DNA from: Planctomycetota bacterium
GTDB lineage: Bacteria; Planctomycetota; UBA1135; UBA2386
Reading direction: 5' to 3'
NCBI GenBank assembly: GCA_965223545.1
Contig: OZ245006.1
Span: forward strand, 32,001-96,000
DNA: 64,000 bases
The notes beneath the pieces were generated by a model. The model was not told where the DNA came from. It did not search any database and saw nothing but the letters and a program-made list of their open reading frames with translations. Made by a program: the position numbers and the translations under genes. Positions 19,197 through 29,131 of this stretch are shown here, piece by piece; positions within the stretch are counted from its first letter, which is position 1; each line of letters opens with the position of its first letter.

Positions 19197-20312
19197 TCAG
19201 CCGTCGATGCCGAGCGCGGCGAGCACCGCGCGCATGTCGGCTTCGGTGTTGGTGGGACCAGGGCTGATGCGGATGGTTCCGGCGTGTTCGGTGCCCAGGG
19301 CGCGATGCACCCAAGGGGCACAGTGGTGGCCGGTCCGCGCGTGGATGCCGGCCTCGGCGAGCAGCACCCCCGCCTCGGCGGAATCGAGATGACTGCAGCA
19401 GAAGCTGAGCACCGCGGTGCGCGGCCCGGCGTCCGGACCGTGGCAGGTCGCCACGCCGCTGGCGACCAGCGCGGCGCGGAGCTGGTCGACCAAGCGCAGC
19501 TGTCCCGGCAGGGCTTGTGGGCGACCCTCCAGCCAACACAGCGCCGCCTGCAGACCGAAGATCGCCGGAGTGTTCGGCGTGCCGGCCTCGAGCGCGTGCG
19601 GCCATTGTTCGGGATGTTGTTCGAGCGCGCGCGCGCTGCCGGTGCCGCCTTGCTTGTGCGAGGTCAGCGCGATGTCATCGCCCGCGGCCAAGAAGCCGAG
19701 ACCCGGCGGGCCGTGCAGTGCCTTGTGCGCGGAGGCGACGACGATGTCCGCGCCGACGGCGATCGGCAGCGCGCCGGCGGTCTGGCTGGCATCGAGAAGG
19801 CTGGTGCAGTCCTGGGACCGGGCCAGGCTGCACAGCTCGGCCGCTGGCTGCACCGCGCCGTGCACGTTGCTGGCGTGGGAGAAGGCGAGCAGCCGGGTGG
19901 GCGCGCGCGCCAGTGCCGCGGCGGCGGCCGCCAGCGGGATGCGGCCGTCCGCGTCGGCGGCCAGCACCTCGACGGCCAGGCCGAGGGGGCCGCGGAGGGC
20001 GAGTAGCGGTCGGACCAGCGAGGCGTGCTCGAGCTCGGTGGTGACCACGCGGTCGCCTTGCCGGAGCACGCCGCGCAAGGCGAGATTGAGCGCCTCGGTC
20101 GCGCCCGACGTGAACGCCAGCCGCCGCTCGTCGACGCCGCACAGCCGCGCCAGGCGCCGGCGCGCGTCGGCGACGACGCCGGCGACTTCTTCGCGCGCGG
20201 GGCTGTCGCCGCGCTCGGCACTGACGCCGAGGTGTCGCAGCCAACGGTCCATGGCCGCGAGCACCGGCTCGGGTTTGGGAAAGCTGGTCGCAGCGTGGTC
20301 GAGGTAGATCAT
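19197..20312 (-). CDS. Cysteine desulfurase-family aminotransferase class V
   Basis: YLDHAATSFPKP, FTSGATEALN, HASNV, DASQTAG, SAHK (PLP lysine), EAGTPN, RTGHHCAP. Confidence 0.92.
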   Translation of the reverse strand: MIYLDHAATSFPKPEPVLAAMDRWLRHLGVSAERGDSPAREEVAGVVADARRRLARLCGVDERRLAFTSGATEALNLALRGVLRQGDRVVTTELEHASLVRPLLALRGPLGLAVEVLAADADGRIPLAAAAAALARAPTRLLAFSHASNVHGAVQPAAELCSLARSQDCTSLLDASQTAGALPIAVGADIVVASAHKALHGPPGLGFLAAGDDIALTSHKQGGTGSARALEQHPEQWPHALEAGTPNTPAIFGLQAALCWLEGRPQALPGQLRLVDQLRAALVASGVATCHGPDAGPRTAVLSFCCSHLDSAEAGVLLAEAGIHARTGHHCAPWVHRALGTEHAGTIRISPGPTNTEADMRAVLAALGIDG

Positions 20313-21349
20313 CGCGCGCCGACGTGGCGGTCGTAGAGCGCCTGCGCGCGCTGCGGTGAGCCGGCGCCGAAGATCAGCGCCCGGCCGCCGGGAAACACGC
20401 TGAACCGACTGCCCTCAGCCGAGAACCGCAGCAGGTGCGGAGTGCGCTCGACCGCGATCGAGGCCGCGGCGAGGTGGTGGGCGAGGGTCTCCAGATCGAG
20501 CCCGCGGTCGGGTGGCGGGCGTATTTGAACGGCGTCGCGCCCGCAGAGCTCGACCGTCGGCGCCGCGTCGTCCTCGAGCGCCGGCCAACGCCCACCGGCG
20601 CAGACCGGGCAGTCGTCGGCAGGTGGCGCAGAGAGCAGGCGAACGCGGTACTCGGCGCGCCAGGGGTCGACTTCCAAGACCCCGCTCGGCGGCGCCGCAT
20701 CGCCCTCGACCAGCAGGCGCAGGAGCTGGCCGCACTGGAACGCGGTGACCGTCGCGACGACGGGCTGCAGCACGCCTTCGGTCTCGCAGCTGCCGGCCTC
20801 CACCGGCGCGGGCGCCTGCGGGATCAGGCAACGCAGGCACGGGCCGCGGTCGGGCCGGAACACCGCCGCGGTACCGCGGCTGCCGAGCACGCCTCCGTAC
20901 GCCCAAGGGCGCTGGGCGCGCCGCGCCAAGTCGTTGATCAAGTAGCGGGTGGCGAAGTTGTCGGTGCCGTCGACGATCGCATCCGGCGGCTCCGGCAGGC
21001 CGTCGAACAGATGGGCGTCGAACTGGTCGACCCAGGCGTGGGTCTCGCAGTCGCCGTTGATCGCCGCCAAGCGCTCAGCGGCGGCGATCGCCTTCGGCCG
21101 GCCGTGCGCGGCGTCGGCTTCGTCGAACAACAGCTGTCGCTGCAGGTTGTCGAGGCTGACGACGTCGCGGTCGACGAGCCACAGGCGCCCGACGCCCGCG
21201 CGCGCCAGCGCCGAGGCAGCGTGCGTGCCGAGCGCGCCGACCCCGACGACGAGCACGGTGGCCCGCCGGATGCGTTGCTGGCCCGCTTCGCCGATCGGCG
21301 CGAACCGCGTCTGGGGCGCGTAGCGCCGGTCGCCAGCGGTCCCGCTCAG
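20309..21349 (-). CDS. ThiF/MoeB family adenylyltransferase
   Basis: RY..Q, GVGALG, VDRDVV...NLQRQ, DGTDNF.TR, CLRC, SCETEG, CPVC, C-terminal LCGRDAVQI domain. Start placed at CTG overlapping the ferredoxin stop. Confidence 0.9.
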   Translation of the reverse strand: MSGTAGDRRYAPQTRFAPIGEAGQQRIRRATVLVVGVGALGTHAASALARAGVGRLWLVDRDVVSLDNLQRQLLFDEADAAHGRPKAIAAAERLAAINGDCETHAWVDQFDAHLFDGLPEPPDAIVDGTDNFATRYLINDLARRAQRPWAYGGVLGSRGTAAVFRPDRGPCLRCLIPQAPAPVEAGSCETEGVLQPVVATVTAFQCGQLLRLLVEGDAAPPSGVLEVDPWRAEYRVRLLSAPPADDCPVCAGGRWPALEDDAAPTVELCGRDAVQIRPPPDRGLDLETLAHHLAAASIAVERTPHLLRFSAEGSRFSVFPGGRALIFGAGSPQRAQALYDRHVGAR

Positions 21350-21597
21350 CCGGACTTCTTGGCGAAGTACTCGGCGTTCACCCGCGTGAAGTCGTTCCAC
21401 TCCTCGGGCAGGTCCTCTTCGGCAAAGATCGCCTGCACCGGGCAGGCGTCGACGCACAGAGTGCAATCGATGCAGTCGTTGGGATCGATGTACAGCTGTG
21501 GGTCGCCGTCTTCACCGTGGATGCAGTCCACGGGGCAGACGTCGACACAGGCCTTGTCCTTGACGTCGATGCAGGGTTGGGCGATGACGTGCGTCAT
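21346..21597 (-). CDS. Ferredoxin (7Fe type, 3Fe-4S + 4Fe-4S)
   Basis: C-x7-C-x3-CPVDC and C-x2-C-x2-C-x3-CP motifs; C-terminal W..F..VNAEYF. Confidence 0.93.
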   Translation of the reverse strand: MTHVIAQPCIDVKDKACVDVCPVDCIHGEDGDPQLYIDPNDCIDCTLCVDACPVQAIFAEEDLPEEWNDFTRVNAEYFAKKSG

Positions 21598-21705
21598 AGG
21601 GATCGAGTTCTACGGAGGGGGGAAGCGATGGGCACCGGGCCCGGCGCGGACGATAAGCCGGGAATCGCATTCCGGCAAAGCAGATCTCCGGCCGGCACGG
21701 TCGGG

Positions 21706-21792
21706 TGGTGCGGAAGGGGGGACTCGAACCCCCACGGGCTCTCGCCCACAGGAACCTAAATCCTGCGCGTCTACCAGTTCCGCCACTCCCGC
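21706..21792 (-). tRNA. tRNA-Leu (anticodon TAG)
   Basis: GCGGGAG/CTTCCGC acceptor stem plus ACCA; anticodon arm CAGGA-TTTAGGT-TCCTG; long variable arm; GGTTCGAGTCC. Confidence 0.96.
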
Positions 21793-21890
21793 GGCAGGAG
21801 CGTGCGATGGTAGCGGGTGGGGGCCCTCGCGCAAGCGGGTCGACCCAGCCTCGCCCGCCTCGGTGCGGCCGCGCGTTCCCGGGGCCGCGG

Positions 21891-22625
21891 TCAGTGCTCG
21901 ATCGCCTGGCTGTGCTCGGTCATCCGCACCGCGACCACGCTGAGCAGGTCCTTGATGTGCGCCTCGACCTTGTTCACCGCCATCACGTTGTCGATGACGA
22001 TCGCCTCGCGCTTCGACGAGGGGTAGAAGATCAGCCGGCCGCTGCGCAGGAGCGCGAACTCGAGCAGGTCGTAGATCTCCTTGGTCACCAGCAGGCCCGA
22101 GGTCGGGATGCGGGTGATGTCGCCGAGGTAGCCGTGGTGGTGCAACAGCTCGCGGTGGTTGATCTCGTAGTAGTTGAAGCGGGTGTTGATGAACACCGTC
22201 AGCAGCATCGCCGCCAGGAGCGCACTGACGAAGCCGTAGAACTGCGTGTTCATCCGGATATCGACGTGCGCCAGCGCCTCCTTGATCCCGGTGAACCAGC
22301 CCCACTGCGAGTTCGCCCAGCCGATGCCGAGCACGACGGCGACCGCGGCGATCAGGATGGTGATCGTCTTGATCCGCGAGAAGTCGAAGGCGAACACCAG
22401 CAGGTTGAAGGCGAACACCAGCATGAACCAGTTGCCCATCCACGCGACCCCCGTGGTGGCGCCGTGCTCCGAGAACATCGAGATCAACCAGAAAATGGTC
22501 GCGGCGATGAACGTCGGATAGAGGAAGACGACCTTGGGCCAGGGGCGAATGATCAGGCTGGCCGACAGGCCCTGCGGCTTCGTCGAGGGCGCGGGCTGCG
22601 CGGGAGGGGCGGCGGACTCGGTCAT
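21891..22625 (-). CDS. Hypothetical membrane protein (about 4 TM helices plus a soluble C-terminal domain)
   Basis: Strong host-like codon usage; hydrophobic helices; C-terminal beta-rich domain. Confidence 0.75.
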   Translation of the reverse strand: MTESAAPPAQPAPSTKPQGLSASLIIRPWPKVVFLYPTFIAATIFWLISMFSEHGATTGVAWMGNWFMLVFAFNLLVFAFDFSRIKTITILIAAVAVVLGIGWANSQWGWFTGIKEALAHVDIRMNTQFYGFVSALLAAMLLTVFINTRFNYYEINHRELLHHHGYLGDITRIPTSGLLVTKEIYDLLEFALLRSGRLIFYPSSKREAIVIDNVMAVNKVEAHIKDLLSVVAVRMTEHSQAIEH

Positions 22626-22804
22626 CGGCGGTATCAGCGGATCGTCGGGAGGAACGCGAAGCGTGCGCGCGCGAGCCGAAACCGGCGGCGCGGCGCGCCG
22701 TGCAGTAGAGGCCACGCGGCGTTGGATTCAACGGGCGCCACAGAAAGCGACTTTCGAGCTGGGTTCTGCTAAATCTGAGAACTACTGCGACCGTAGTTCG
22801 CCGC

Positions 22805-24955
22805 ATGCTGGCTCGCCTTTCCATTTTGCCCAAACTCTCATCGCACGGACGCCGGCCTGGCGGGGCCGCAGCGGAGGGGCGGCGGGGAGCGGCCAGCGCT
22901 TCCGCCCGGGCCGGTTGGGCGGTCTTCGGCGCCACGCTCGCCCTCGCAGCGGCCCTGGTGGCGCCGCTGCCGGCGCAGGAGCCCGAACCCGCCGAAGCGC
23001 GGGTGATCGTCGTGCCGGTCAAAGGCATGATCGACGACGTCACCGCCTACCAGATCCAGAGCAGCTTGCGGGAGGCGCGATCGCGGGGCATCGCCCGCAT
23101 CGTGCTGGAGATCGACACACCCGGTGGGCTGGTCGAGTCGAGTGCGGAGATCGAGAGCGCCCTGCGGAGCCTGTCCCGGGCCGAAGTCCAGGTGATCGCC
23201 TTCGTCGAGCACAAGGCGCAGTCGGCCGGTGCCTACGTCGCCTTGGCCTGCGCAGAGATCTACATGGCGCCGGGTGCGTCGATCGGCGCGATGGTGCCGG
23301 TGCTCGCGGGCCCCGGCGGGATCCAGGCGATCGGCGACGAGGAGGTCCGCGCCAAGATCGTCGCCGCCCTGCGTGGCGATGTGCGCGCGATGGTCGAGCG
23401 CCGCGGCAACGCGCGCCCCGGCTTGACGCTGCTCGCCGAGGCGATGGTCGATCCCGACCTCGAGGTCTTCGAGGTGTCGTGGCTCGACGCCGGCGGCATC
23501 GAGACCAGCGAGATCGTCGACGCCCGCGGGCTGGCGAAGCTGCGCGAGCAGGGCGTCGAGATCACCGAGGAACGCGCGTTCCCGACCCGGCCGCTGGTCC
23601 TGAGCGCCGGCGAAGCAGTGCGCGTCGGGTTGTCGAGCGGGACCATCGGCTCGGTGCGCGAGCTGGTGCGCGAGGAGCTGATGGTGCCGATCGAGTCGAT
23701 CGTGCGCCGCGACGTCAGCTGGTCCGAAGAGGCGGTCGCGTTCTTGAACTCGATGAAGCCCGTGCTGTTCGTGCTCGGGTTTCTGTTCTTGATGCTGGAG
23801 CTGAAGACGCCGGGGTTCGCCGTCCCCGGGGCGATCGGCGTCGCCCTGCTGGCGTTGGCCATGTTCAGCAGCTACCTGGTCGGTCTGGCGGAGTGGCAGG
23901 AGGTCCTGCTGTTCTTCGCCGGGATCGCTCTGGTCGGCGTCGAGGTGTTCGTGATGCCCGGCATGCTGGTGTTCGGGTTCGCGGGCCTGCTCTGCATCGT
24001 GATGGGTTTGCTGCTGTCGCAGCAGAGCTTCTTCATCCCGGAGACCGCCGCGCAGCACGACATCCTGCTCGCCAACCTCGTCAACATGCTGCTGTTGACG
24101 TTGGCGGTGATCGTCGGCGCGATCGCGCTCTGGCGCCTGCTGCCGCACGTGCCGATCGCGAACCGCGTGCTGCTGCCTCCGCCGAACCGGCCGATGTCCG
24201 GCGGTCAAGTGCTCGGCGGCGCGGCCGCGCGCAGTGCCGACTTGGTCGGCAAGCGCGGCGTCGCAGTGACCGACCTGCGGCCGACCGGATCGGTGGAGAT
24301 CGACGGCGAGTGGCACGACGCGGTCACCGACGGCAGCTACGTCGGCAAGGGAGCGACGGTCGCCGTCCGGGGGGTCGAGTACAACCAACTGCTGGTCGAG
24401 CTGGAAGCCGGCGGTGCCGAAGCGCGCGGCGAGGTCAACTTCGGCACCCTGATGCTGATCTGGATCGTCGGCCTGTGCCTGGTGATCGCCGAGGTCTTCT
24501 TTCCCTCGTTCGGTGTTTTGTCGGTGCTGGCTGCGCTGGCGTTCGTCGCCGCGATCTTCTTCGCCTACACCCAAGACACGGTCATGGGCCATGTCTTCCT
24601 CGTGCTGTCCGCGGTGGGTGCCCCACTCGCCGCGCTGGGCGCGCTGCGGGTGTTGCCGCACACCCCGTTCGGCGGGTGGCTCATGCTGAAGGGCCCGCGG
24701 CGCGAGGACGTGGCCGGCTCCGGGGTCGAGCCCGGCCTGCAGCGCTATGCCGGCCAGCGCGGCCACGCCCTCACCGCGCTGCGCCCGGCCGGCATCGCCC
24801 GCATCGACGGCGCGCGGGTCGACGTCGTCACCCGCGGCGAGCTCGTCGACAAGGATCAACCGGTGGTCGTCATCGAGGTGGAGGGCAACCGCGTGGTGGT
24901 CGCTCCAGTCCGCGATGCCGAGCCGACCTCTGCGGCCTCAGGGCCGAGCGAATAG
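22805..24955 (+). CDS. NfeD1b-type protein with a second TM + NfeD C-terminal module fused
   Basis: ClpP/crotonase-like [27 protein letters not shown] block ELKTPGF; two OB-fold motifs (TDLRPTG and TALRPAG). Confidence 0.88.
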   Translation: MLARLSILPKLSSHGRRPGGAAAEGRRGAASASARAGWAVFGATLALAAALVAPLPAQEPEPAEARVIVVPVKGMIDDVTAYQIQSSLREARSRGIARIVLEIDTPGGLVESSAEIESALRSLSRAEVQVIAFVEHKAQSAGAYVALACAEIYMAPGASIGAMVPVLAGPGGIQAIGDEEVRAKIVAALRGDVRAMVERRGNARPGLTLLAEAMVDPDLEVFEVSWLDAGGIETSEIVDARGLAKLREQGVEITEERAFPTRPLVLSAGEAVRVGLSSGTIGSVRELVREELMVPIESIVRRDVSWSEEAVAFLNSMKPVLFVLGFLFLMLELKTPGFAVPGAIGVALLALAMFSSYLVGLAEWQEVLLFFAGIALVGVEVFVMPGMLVFGFAGLLCIVMGLLLSQQSFFIPETAAQHDILLANLVNMLLLTLAVIVGAIALWRLLPHVPIANRVLLPPPNRPMSGGQVLGGAAARSADLVGKRGVAVTDLRPTGSVEIDGEWHDAVTDGSYVGKGATVAVRGVEYNQLLVELEAGGAEARGEVNFGTLMLIWIVGLCLVIAEVFFPSFGVLSVLAALAFVAAIFFAYTQDTVMGHVFLVLSAVGAPLAALGALRVLPHTPFGGWLMLKGPRREDVAGSGVEPGLQRYAGQRGHALTALRPAGIARIDGARVDVVTRGELVDKDQPVVVIEVEGNRVVVAPVRDAEPTSAASGPSE

Positions 24956-24968
24956 GAGTGATGTCTTG

Positions 24969-26030
24969 ATGTTCGTTGCGCAGTCCAACTCGTTCAGCGA
25001 CTGGTGGCCGTGGGTCGTCGGCTTCCTGCTGCTGCTGTTCTTGATCATCGCGGTCGTCCTGCTCAAGTTCATCAACCTGTGGATCCAGGCCTACCTGTCG
25101 CGAACCAAGGTGAGCCTGTTCAGCCTGGTGGGAATGCAGCTGCGCAAGGTCAACCCGACGGTGGTGGTGCGCGGCATGATCTCGGCGACCCAGGCGGGGA
25201 TCGAGCTCGACGTGCGCGAGGTCGAGGCCCACTACCTGGCGGGCGGCAACGTGCTCAACGTGGTCGGCGCGCTGATCGCGGCCGATCGCGCCAACCTCGG
25301 CCTGGATTTTCGACGGGCGGCGGCGATCGATCTCGCCGGCCGCGACGTGCTCGAGGCGGTGCAGACCTGCGTCAATCCGAAGGTCATCGACTGCCCGCCC
25401 GATATCAACCGCAAGGTGGCGGCGATGGCGAAGAACGGCATTCAGGTGCTGGCGCGGGCGCGCGTGACGGTGCGCACCAATATCGATCGGCTGATCGGCG
25501 GCGCCACGGAGGAGACCATCATCGCCCGCGTCGGCGAGGGCATCGTCTCGTCGATCGGCTCGTCGGGCAGCCACAAGGACGTGCTCGAGAACCCCGATGC
25601 GATCAGCAAGAAGGTGCTCGACCGCGGTCTCCACTCGGGCACGGCGTTCGAGATCCTCTCGATCGACATCGCCGACGTCGACGTCGGCGACAACATCGGT
25701 GCGCGGTTGCAGGCCGAGCAGGCCGAGGCCGACAAGCGCATCGCGCAAGCGGCGGCCGAAGGGCGCCGCGCGATGGCGGTCGCCGCCGAGCAGGAGAACG
25801 CCGCCACGGTGATGGAGAACCGGGCCAAGCTGGTGCTGGCCGAGGCCGAAGTGCCGCGCGCCATGGCCGACGCGTTCCGCAGCGGCAACCTCGGCGTGTT
25901 CGACTACTTCAAGATGAAGAACCTGGAGTCCGACACGAAGATGCGCTCGCAGATCGCCGCGGGTGAAGAGTTCCACGTGCAGGAAGACCGCGACCGGGGC
26001 AAGGTCAAGGGCGACCCCAAAGACGAGTGA
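24969..26030 (+). CDS. floA: Flotillin-like protein FloA (YqfA/UPF0365)
   Basis: [76 protein letters not shown]. Confidence 0.95.
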   Translation: MFVAQSNSFSDWWPWVVGFLLLLFLIIAVVLLKFINLWIQAYLSRTKVSLFSLVGMQLRKVNPTVVVRGMISATQAGIELDVREVEAHYLAGGNVLNVVGALIAADRANLGLDFRRAAAIDLAGRDVLEAVQTCVNPKVIDCPPDINRKVAAMAKNGIQVLARARVTVRTNIDRLIGGATEETIIARVGEGIVSSIGSSGSHKDVLENPDAISKKVLDRGLHSGTAFEILSIDIADVDVGDNIGARLQAEQAEADKRIAQAAAEGRRAMAVAAEQENAATVMENRAKLVLAEAEVPRAMADAFRSGNLGVFDYFKMKNLESDTKMRSQIAAGEEFHVQEDRDRGKVKGDPKDE

Positions 26031-26650
26031 GCGACCTGATCCAGCTGCTCACCGACAACCCGTTGTTGGTGTTGATCGTCGTCGCCACCCTGCTGCAGGC
26101 CCTGGGTGGCCTGGCGGCCGGCGCGGCGAAGAAGGCGAGCCAGTCGGGTAAGCGCGCGTCACCGCCGCCGGCGGCGAGCCCGACTCGGCCGGCCGCCGCA
26201 CCCCCAGCGCAGCCCCGAGCCCAACCGCGCGCCGCGCCGGTGGCGAGACCGCGGCCCAGCAACCGGGGGCGGGCCGCCGAGGAGGTCGCACGGGAGCTCC
26301 GGCGCGCTCTGGGTATGGATCCCGAGCCGCCGACACCGACCGGCGAGCACGCGCCGGTGGAGCCGCCGCGACCACGACCCCTCGCCCCGTCCCCGCCTCC
26401 GCTGACCGGCGGCAGTCCGCTGCAGACCGTCGAAGTGCGCACCGCGACCAGCTCACCGCAGGCCGGTGTGCCACCCGCACTCGTGCCCCGGCATTCCACC
26501 CAATCCCCGCTCCGCCCCCAATCTCGACCTCGACCCCCTCGCGTCCCCCGGCCCCAGGGCAAGCTCTACGACCGAACGATGGGCCCAGTCCGCGCCATCG
26601 TCATGGGCGAGATCTACGGTCCTCCCCGCTCGCTGCGCGGCTGGGACTGA
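26027..26650 (+). CDS. Proline-rich YqfB-like protein of the nfeD-floA operon
   Basis: GTGA overlap with floA; N-terminal TM helix; C-terminal [16 protein letters not shown] motif. Confidence 0.7.
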   Translation: MSDLIQLLTDNPLLVLIVVATLLQALGGLAAGAAKKASQSGKRASPPPAASPTRPAAAPPAQPRAQPRAAPVARPRPSNRGRAAEEVARELRRALGMDPEPPTPTGEHAPVEPPRPRPLAPSPPPLTGGSPLQTVEVRTATSSPQAGVPPALVPRHSTQSPLRPQSRPRPPRVPRPQGKLYDRTMGPVRAIVMGEIYGPPRSLRGWD

Positions 26651-26714
26651 CGCCCCAGGGCATCCCACCTGATGGTACGGAGCCAGGCTCCGTACCATCA
26701 CGCGCTCGTTCCCA

Positions 26715-27089
26715 CTAGCGAAGTAGGTCGGGTACTCGATCAAGCGCATGCGCCAGCCGGCGGGCCGCCCGGTGGGGGGACAGCAGGCGCTGCAGTGGAT
26801 GGTCCGCGGCGGCGAACCGGCGCAGCCGCCGGCTCTCCGCGGAGGCCGTGCGGCGCAGTGTGCCGACAGCGTGCGGCACGCCGTGGGTGAGGTCGGTGCC
26901 GATGCGGTCGACGATCCGTGCCGTTCCCAGGCGCAACCGCTCGAGACGGCCGCCGATGTCACGGTCCAGCAGGCTCGCGCGCTCGGAGGTCGCGCACGCT
27001 CCGAGGCAAAGCAGCAGTGGCAGCAGCGGAGTCGCTCTGGGGTTGGTGGTCACGGCAAGCGTTGCTTTTTCGCGGGACTTCGTCGCCAT
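26715..27089 (-). CDS. Small putative lipoprotein
   Basis: Starts 2 nt after the permease stop; LLPLLLCLGAC lipobox-like signal. Confidence 0.5.
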   Translation of the reverse strand: MATKSREKATLAVTTNPRATPLLPLLLCLGACATSERASLLDRDIGGRLERLRLGTARIVDRIGTDLTHGVPHAVGTLRRTASAESRRLRRFAAADHPLQRLLSPHRAARRLAHALDRVPDLLR

Positions 27090-27091
27090 CG

Positions 27092-28408
27092 TCACTCGTG
27101 ACGCAGCGAGTGTAGCGGATCGTGGCGCGCGGCGCGCCAGGCGGGCAGGGCCGAAACCAGCAGACCGACTGCCATCGCCATCAGCACGACTTGGCCGATC
27201 CAGACCGGGTCGAGGTCGTACGGAACGCGTTCGAGGTTGTAGATCCGGGCGGGAAACAGATCGAGGCCGAAGCTCGCCCGCAGCCACCGGTTGAAGGCGT
27301 CGAGATAGATCGATGAGATGCAGCCCGCGATCACGCCGATCACCGTGCCGCAGAGGGTGATCGCCACGCCGCAGCCCGCGAACACGCGCAAGACACCCCA
27401 CGGCGTCGCGCCCATCGCGGTCAGGATACCGATGTCGTGCGTCTTCTCGGTGACCATCATCGAGAGGGTCGCGTACATCAAGAACGCGGCGACCACCAAG
27501 ATGACGATCAGCACGAGCTTCATCAGCGCGCGCTGGTGTTCGACCGCACTGAGAAAGTGCGCTTCGAGCTGATGCCACGCGAACACACGCAGCATGGGCG
27601 CATGCGGTGGACGGGCCGCGTTGAGCGTCCGTTCCAACCGTGCCGCGGTCTCATCGCGCGCATCGGGGTCGACGCAGCGCAGCACGACCTGGGTCACCAC
27701 GTCGTCGCCCGGCTCGACCCCCATCAGCTGCCGCAGGGCATCGATGTCCACGAAGCACGTCTGCGCGTCGAATGCGGTGTGTCGCGTGGCGTAGGTGCCG
27801 GTGATCTCGAACTGGGCGTCGAACATCTCCAGCGGCTGGCGCGCGTCGTCGGGGGTCTCGCGTCCGGAGTGCACGGTCACCGGGAGGCCCTTGCTGGCGG
27901 CGTCGGCCCGCAGCCGGCGCTCGCCGACGACGATCCCCGGCAAGGCGCCGCCGCCAAACGGCGCGGCTGGGTCGGTCACGCGTCCGGTCTCCGCCGCTCG
28001 CAGCCAGGCGCCGAACTCGGTGACTTCCCCTTCTGCGGCCGGATCGATCCCGATCAGGCTGATGAGCGGGCTGTCGGCGCCCGGTTGCTCGAGGCTGTCG
28101 ACCCGCGGCGCCGCACCGCGCGTCTTACCCAGCGTGTGCAGCAGGCCGAACCACGCGTAGCGCGGGGCGTAGGCCTCGACGTTGGGGTCGGCGGCCAGCA
28201 CCTCTTCGACTTCGGCGAGCCGGCGACAACCCAGCACGGTCAGGTCGGAGGTCACCGCGCGGACGTGGTTCTGCACCTCGACCAAGAAGCCGGAGAAGAT
28301 CGACACCACGACGATCAAAGCCCAGACGCTGACCGAGACACCGAGCACGCCGAGCAGATTGATCGGCCTGCTGAGCAGATAGCGGAGCGCGAGGTACAGC
28401 CGGTACAT
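27092..28408 (-). CDS. LolC/LolE-family ABC transporter permease (MacB/FtsX type)
   Basis: LALRYL, VVVSIFSGF, MMVTEKTHDIGILTAMGA, PAWRAAR.DP..SLRHE. Confidence 0.88.
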   Translation of the reverse strand: MYRLYLALRYLLSRPINLLGVLGVSVSVWALIVVVSIFSGFLVEVQNHVRAVTSDLTVLGCRRLAEVEEVLAADPNVEAYAPRYAWFGLLHTLGKTRGAAPRVDSLEQPGADSPLISLIGIDPAAEGEVTEFGAWLRAAETGRVTDPAAPFGGGALPGIVVGERRLRADAASKGLPVTVHSGRETPDDARQPLEMFDAQFEITGTYATRHTAFDAQTCFVDIDALRQLMGVEPGDDVVTQVVLRCVDPDARDETAARLERTLNAARPPHAPMLRVFAWHQLEAHFLSAVEHQRALMKLVLIVILVVAAFLMYATLSMMVTEKTHDIGILTAMGATPWGVLRVFAGCGVAITLCGTVIGVIAGCISSIYLDAFNRWLRASFGLDLFPARIYNLERVPYDLDPVWIGQVVLMAMAVGLLVSALPAWRAARHDPLHSLRHE

Positions 28409-29103
28409 CAGTCGACCAGCACTCCGTCCGCCATCCGCACCACGCGATCGCAGCGCTGCGCCAGCTGCTCGTTGTGCGTGACCAACAAGAACGCGAGCCC
28501 GCGCTCCCGGTTGAGGTTGAAGAGCAGCTCCAGCACCTCACCCGAGGTCTTCGAGTCGAGGTTGCCGGTGGGCTCGTCGGCGAGGATCACCTTCGGTTCG
28601 GCGATCAGCGCCCGGGCGATCGCCACCCGTTGCTTCTCTCCGCCGGACAACTCCGACGGCCGGTGGCGTTGCCGCTCCTGCAGACCGACCCGCTCGAGCA
28701 GCGCCTTGGCGCGGGCCCGGACCTCGCGCCGCGCGCCCCAGTACTCGAGCGGCCCGCGCAGCATCATTTGGCCGAGCAGCACGTTCTGCAGCGCGTTGAG
28801 CTCCGGGATCAAGTGGTAGAACTGGAACACGAAGCCGATGTGGCGGTGGCGCAGCGCGGCGCGGCGCGCCGACGGCAACGAGTGAGCGGGCTGACCCTCG
28901 AAGTGGATCGCGCCCCTCTGCGGCCGGTCGAGCAGACCGAGGACGTGCAGCAGCGTCGACTTGCCCGCCCCGGACGCGCCGAGCAGGGCCACCATCTCGC
29001 CGGCCTGGATCCGCAGATCGACGCCGCGCAGGACCGGGATCTCGCGCCGCCCCAAGAAGTAGCTCTTGGTGACCTCAACCGCTTCGAGGATGGGGGTGCT
29101 CAT
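28408..29103 (-). CDS. lolD: LolD-like ABC transporter ATP-binding protein
   Basis: Walker A GASGAGKST, IGFVFQFYHL, LSGGEKQRVA, ADEPTGNLD, VTHN. Confidence 0.9.
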   Translation of the reverse strand: MSTPILEAVEVTKSYFLGRREIPVLRGVDLRIQAGEMVALLGASGAGKSTLLHVLGLLDRPQRGAIHFEGQPAHSLPSARRAALRHRHIGFVFQFYHLIPELNALQNVLLGQMMLRGPLEYWGARREVRARAKALLERVGLQERQRHRPSELSGGEKQRVAIARALIAEPKVILADEPTGNLDSKTSGEVLELLFNLNRERGLAFLLVTHNEQLAQRCDRVVRMADGVLVD

Positions 29104-29131
29104 GGGGTGGGTCGCACTCGACGGATTCGGA

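Noticed and set aside
21706..21792. tRNA-Leu as an integration site
   Set aside because: Flanked by host-like housekeeping genes; no integrase or duplicated 3' end seen.
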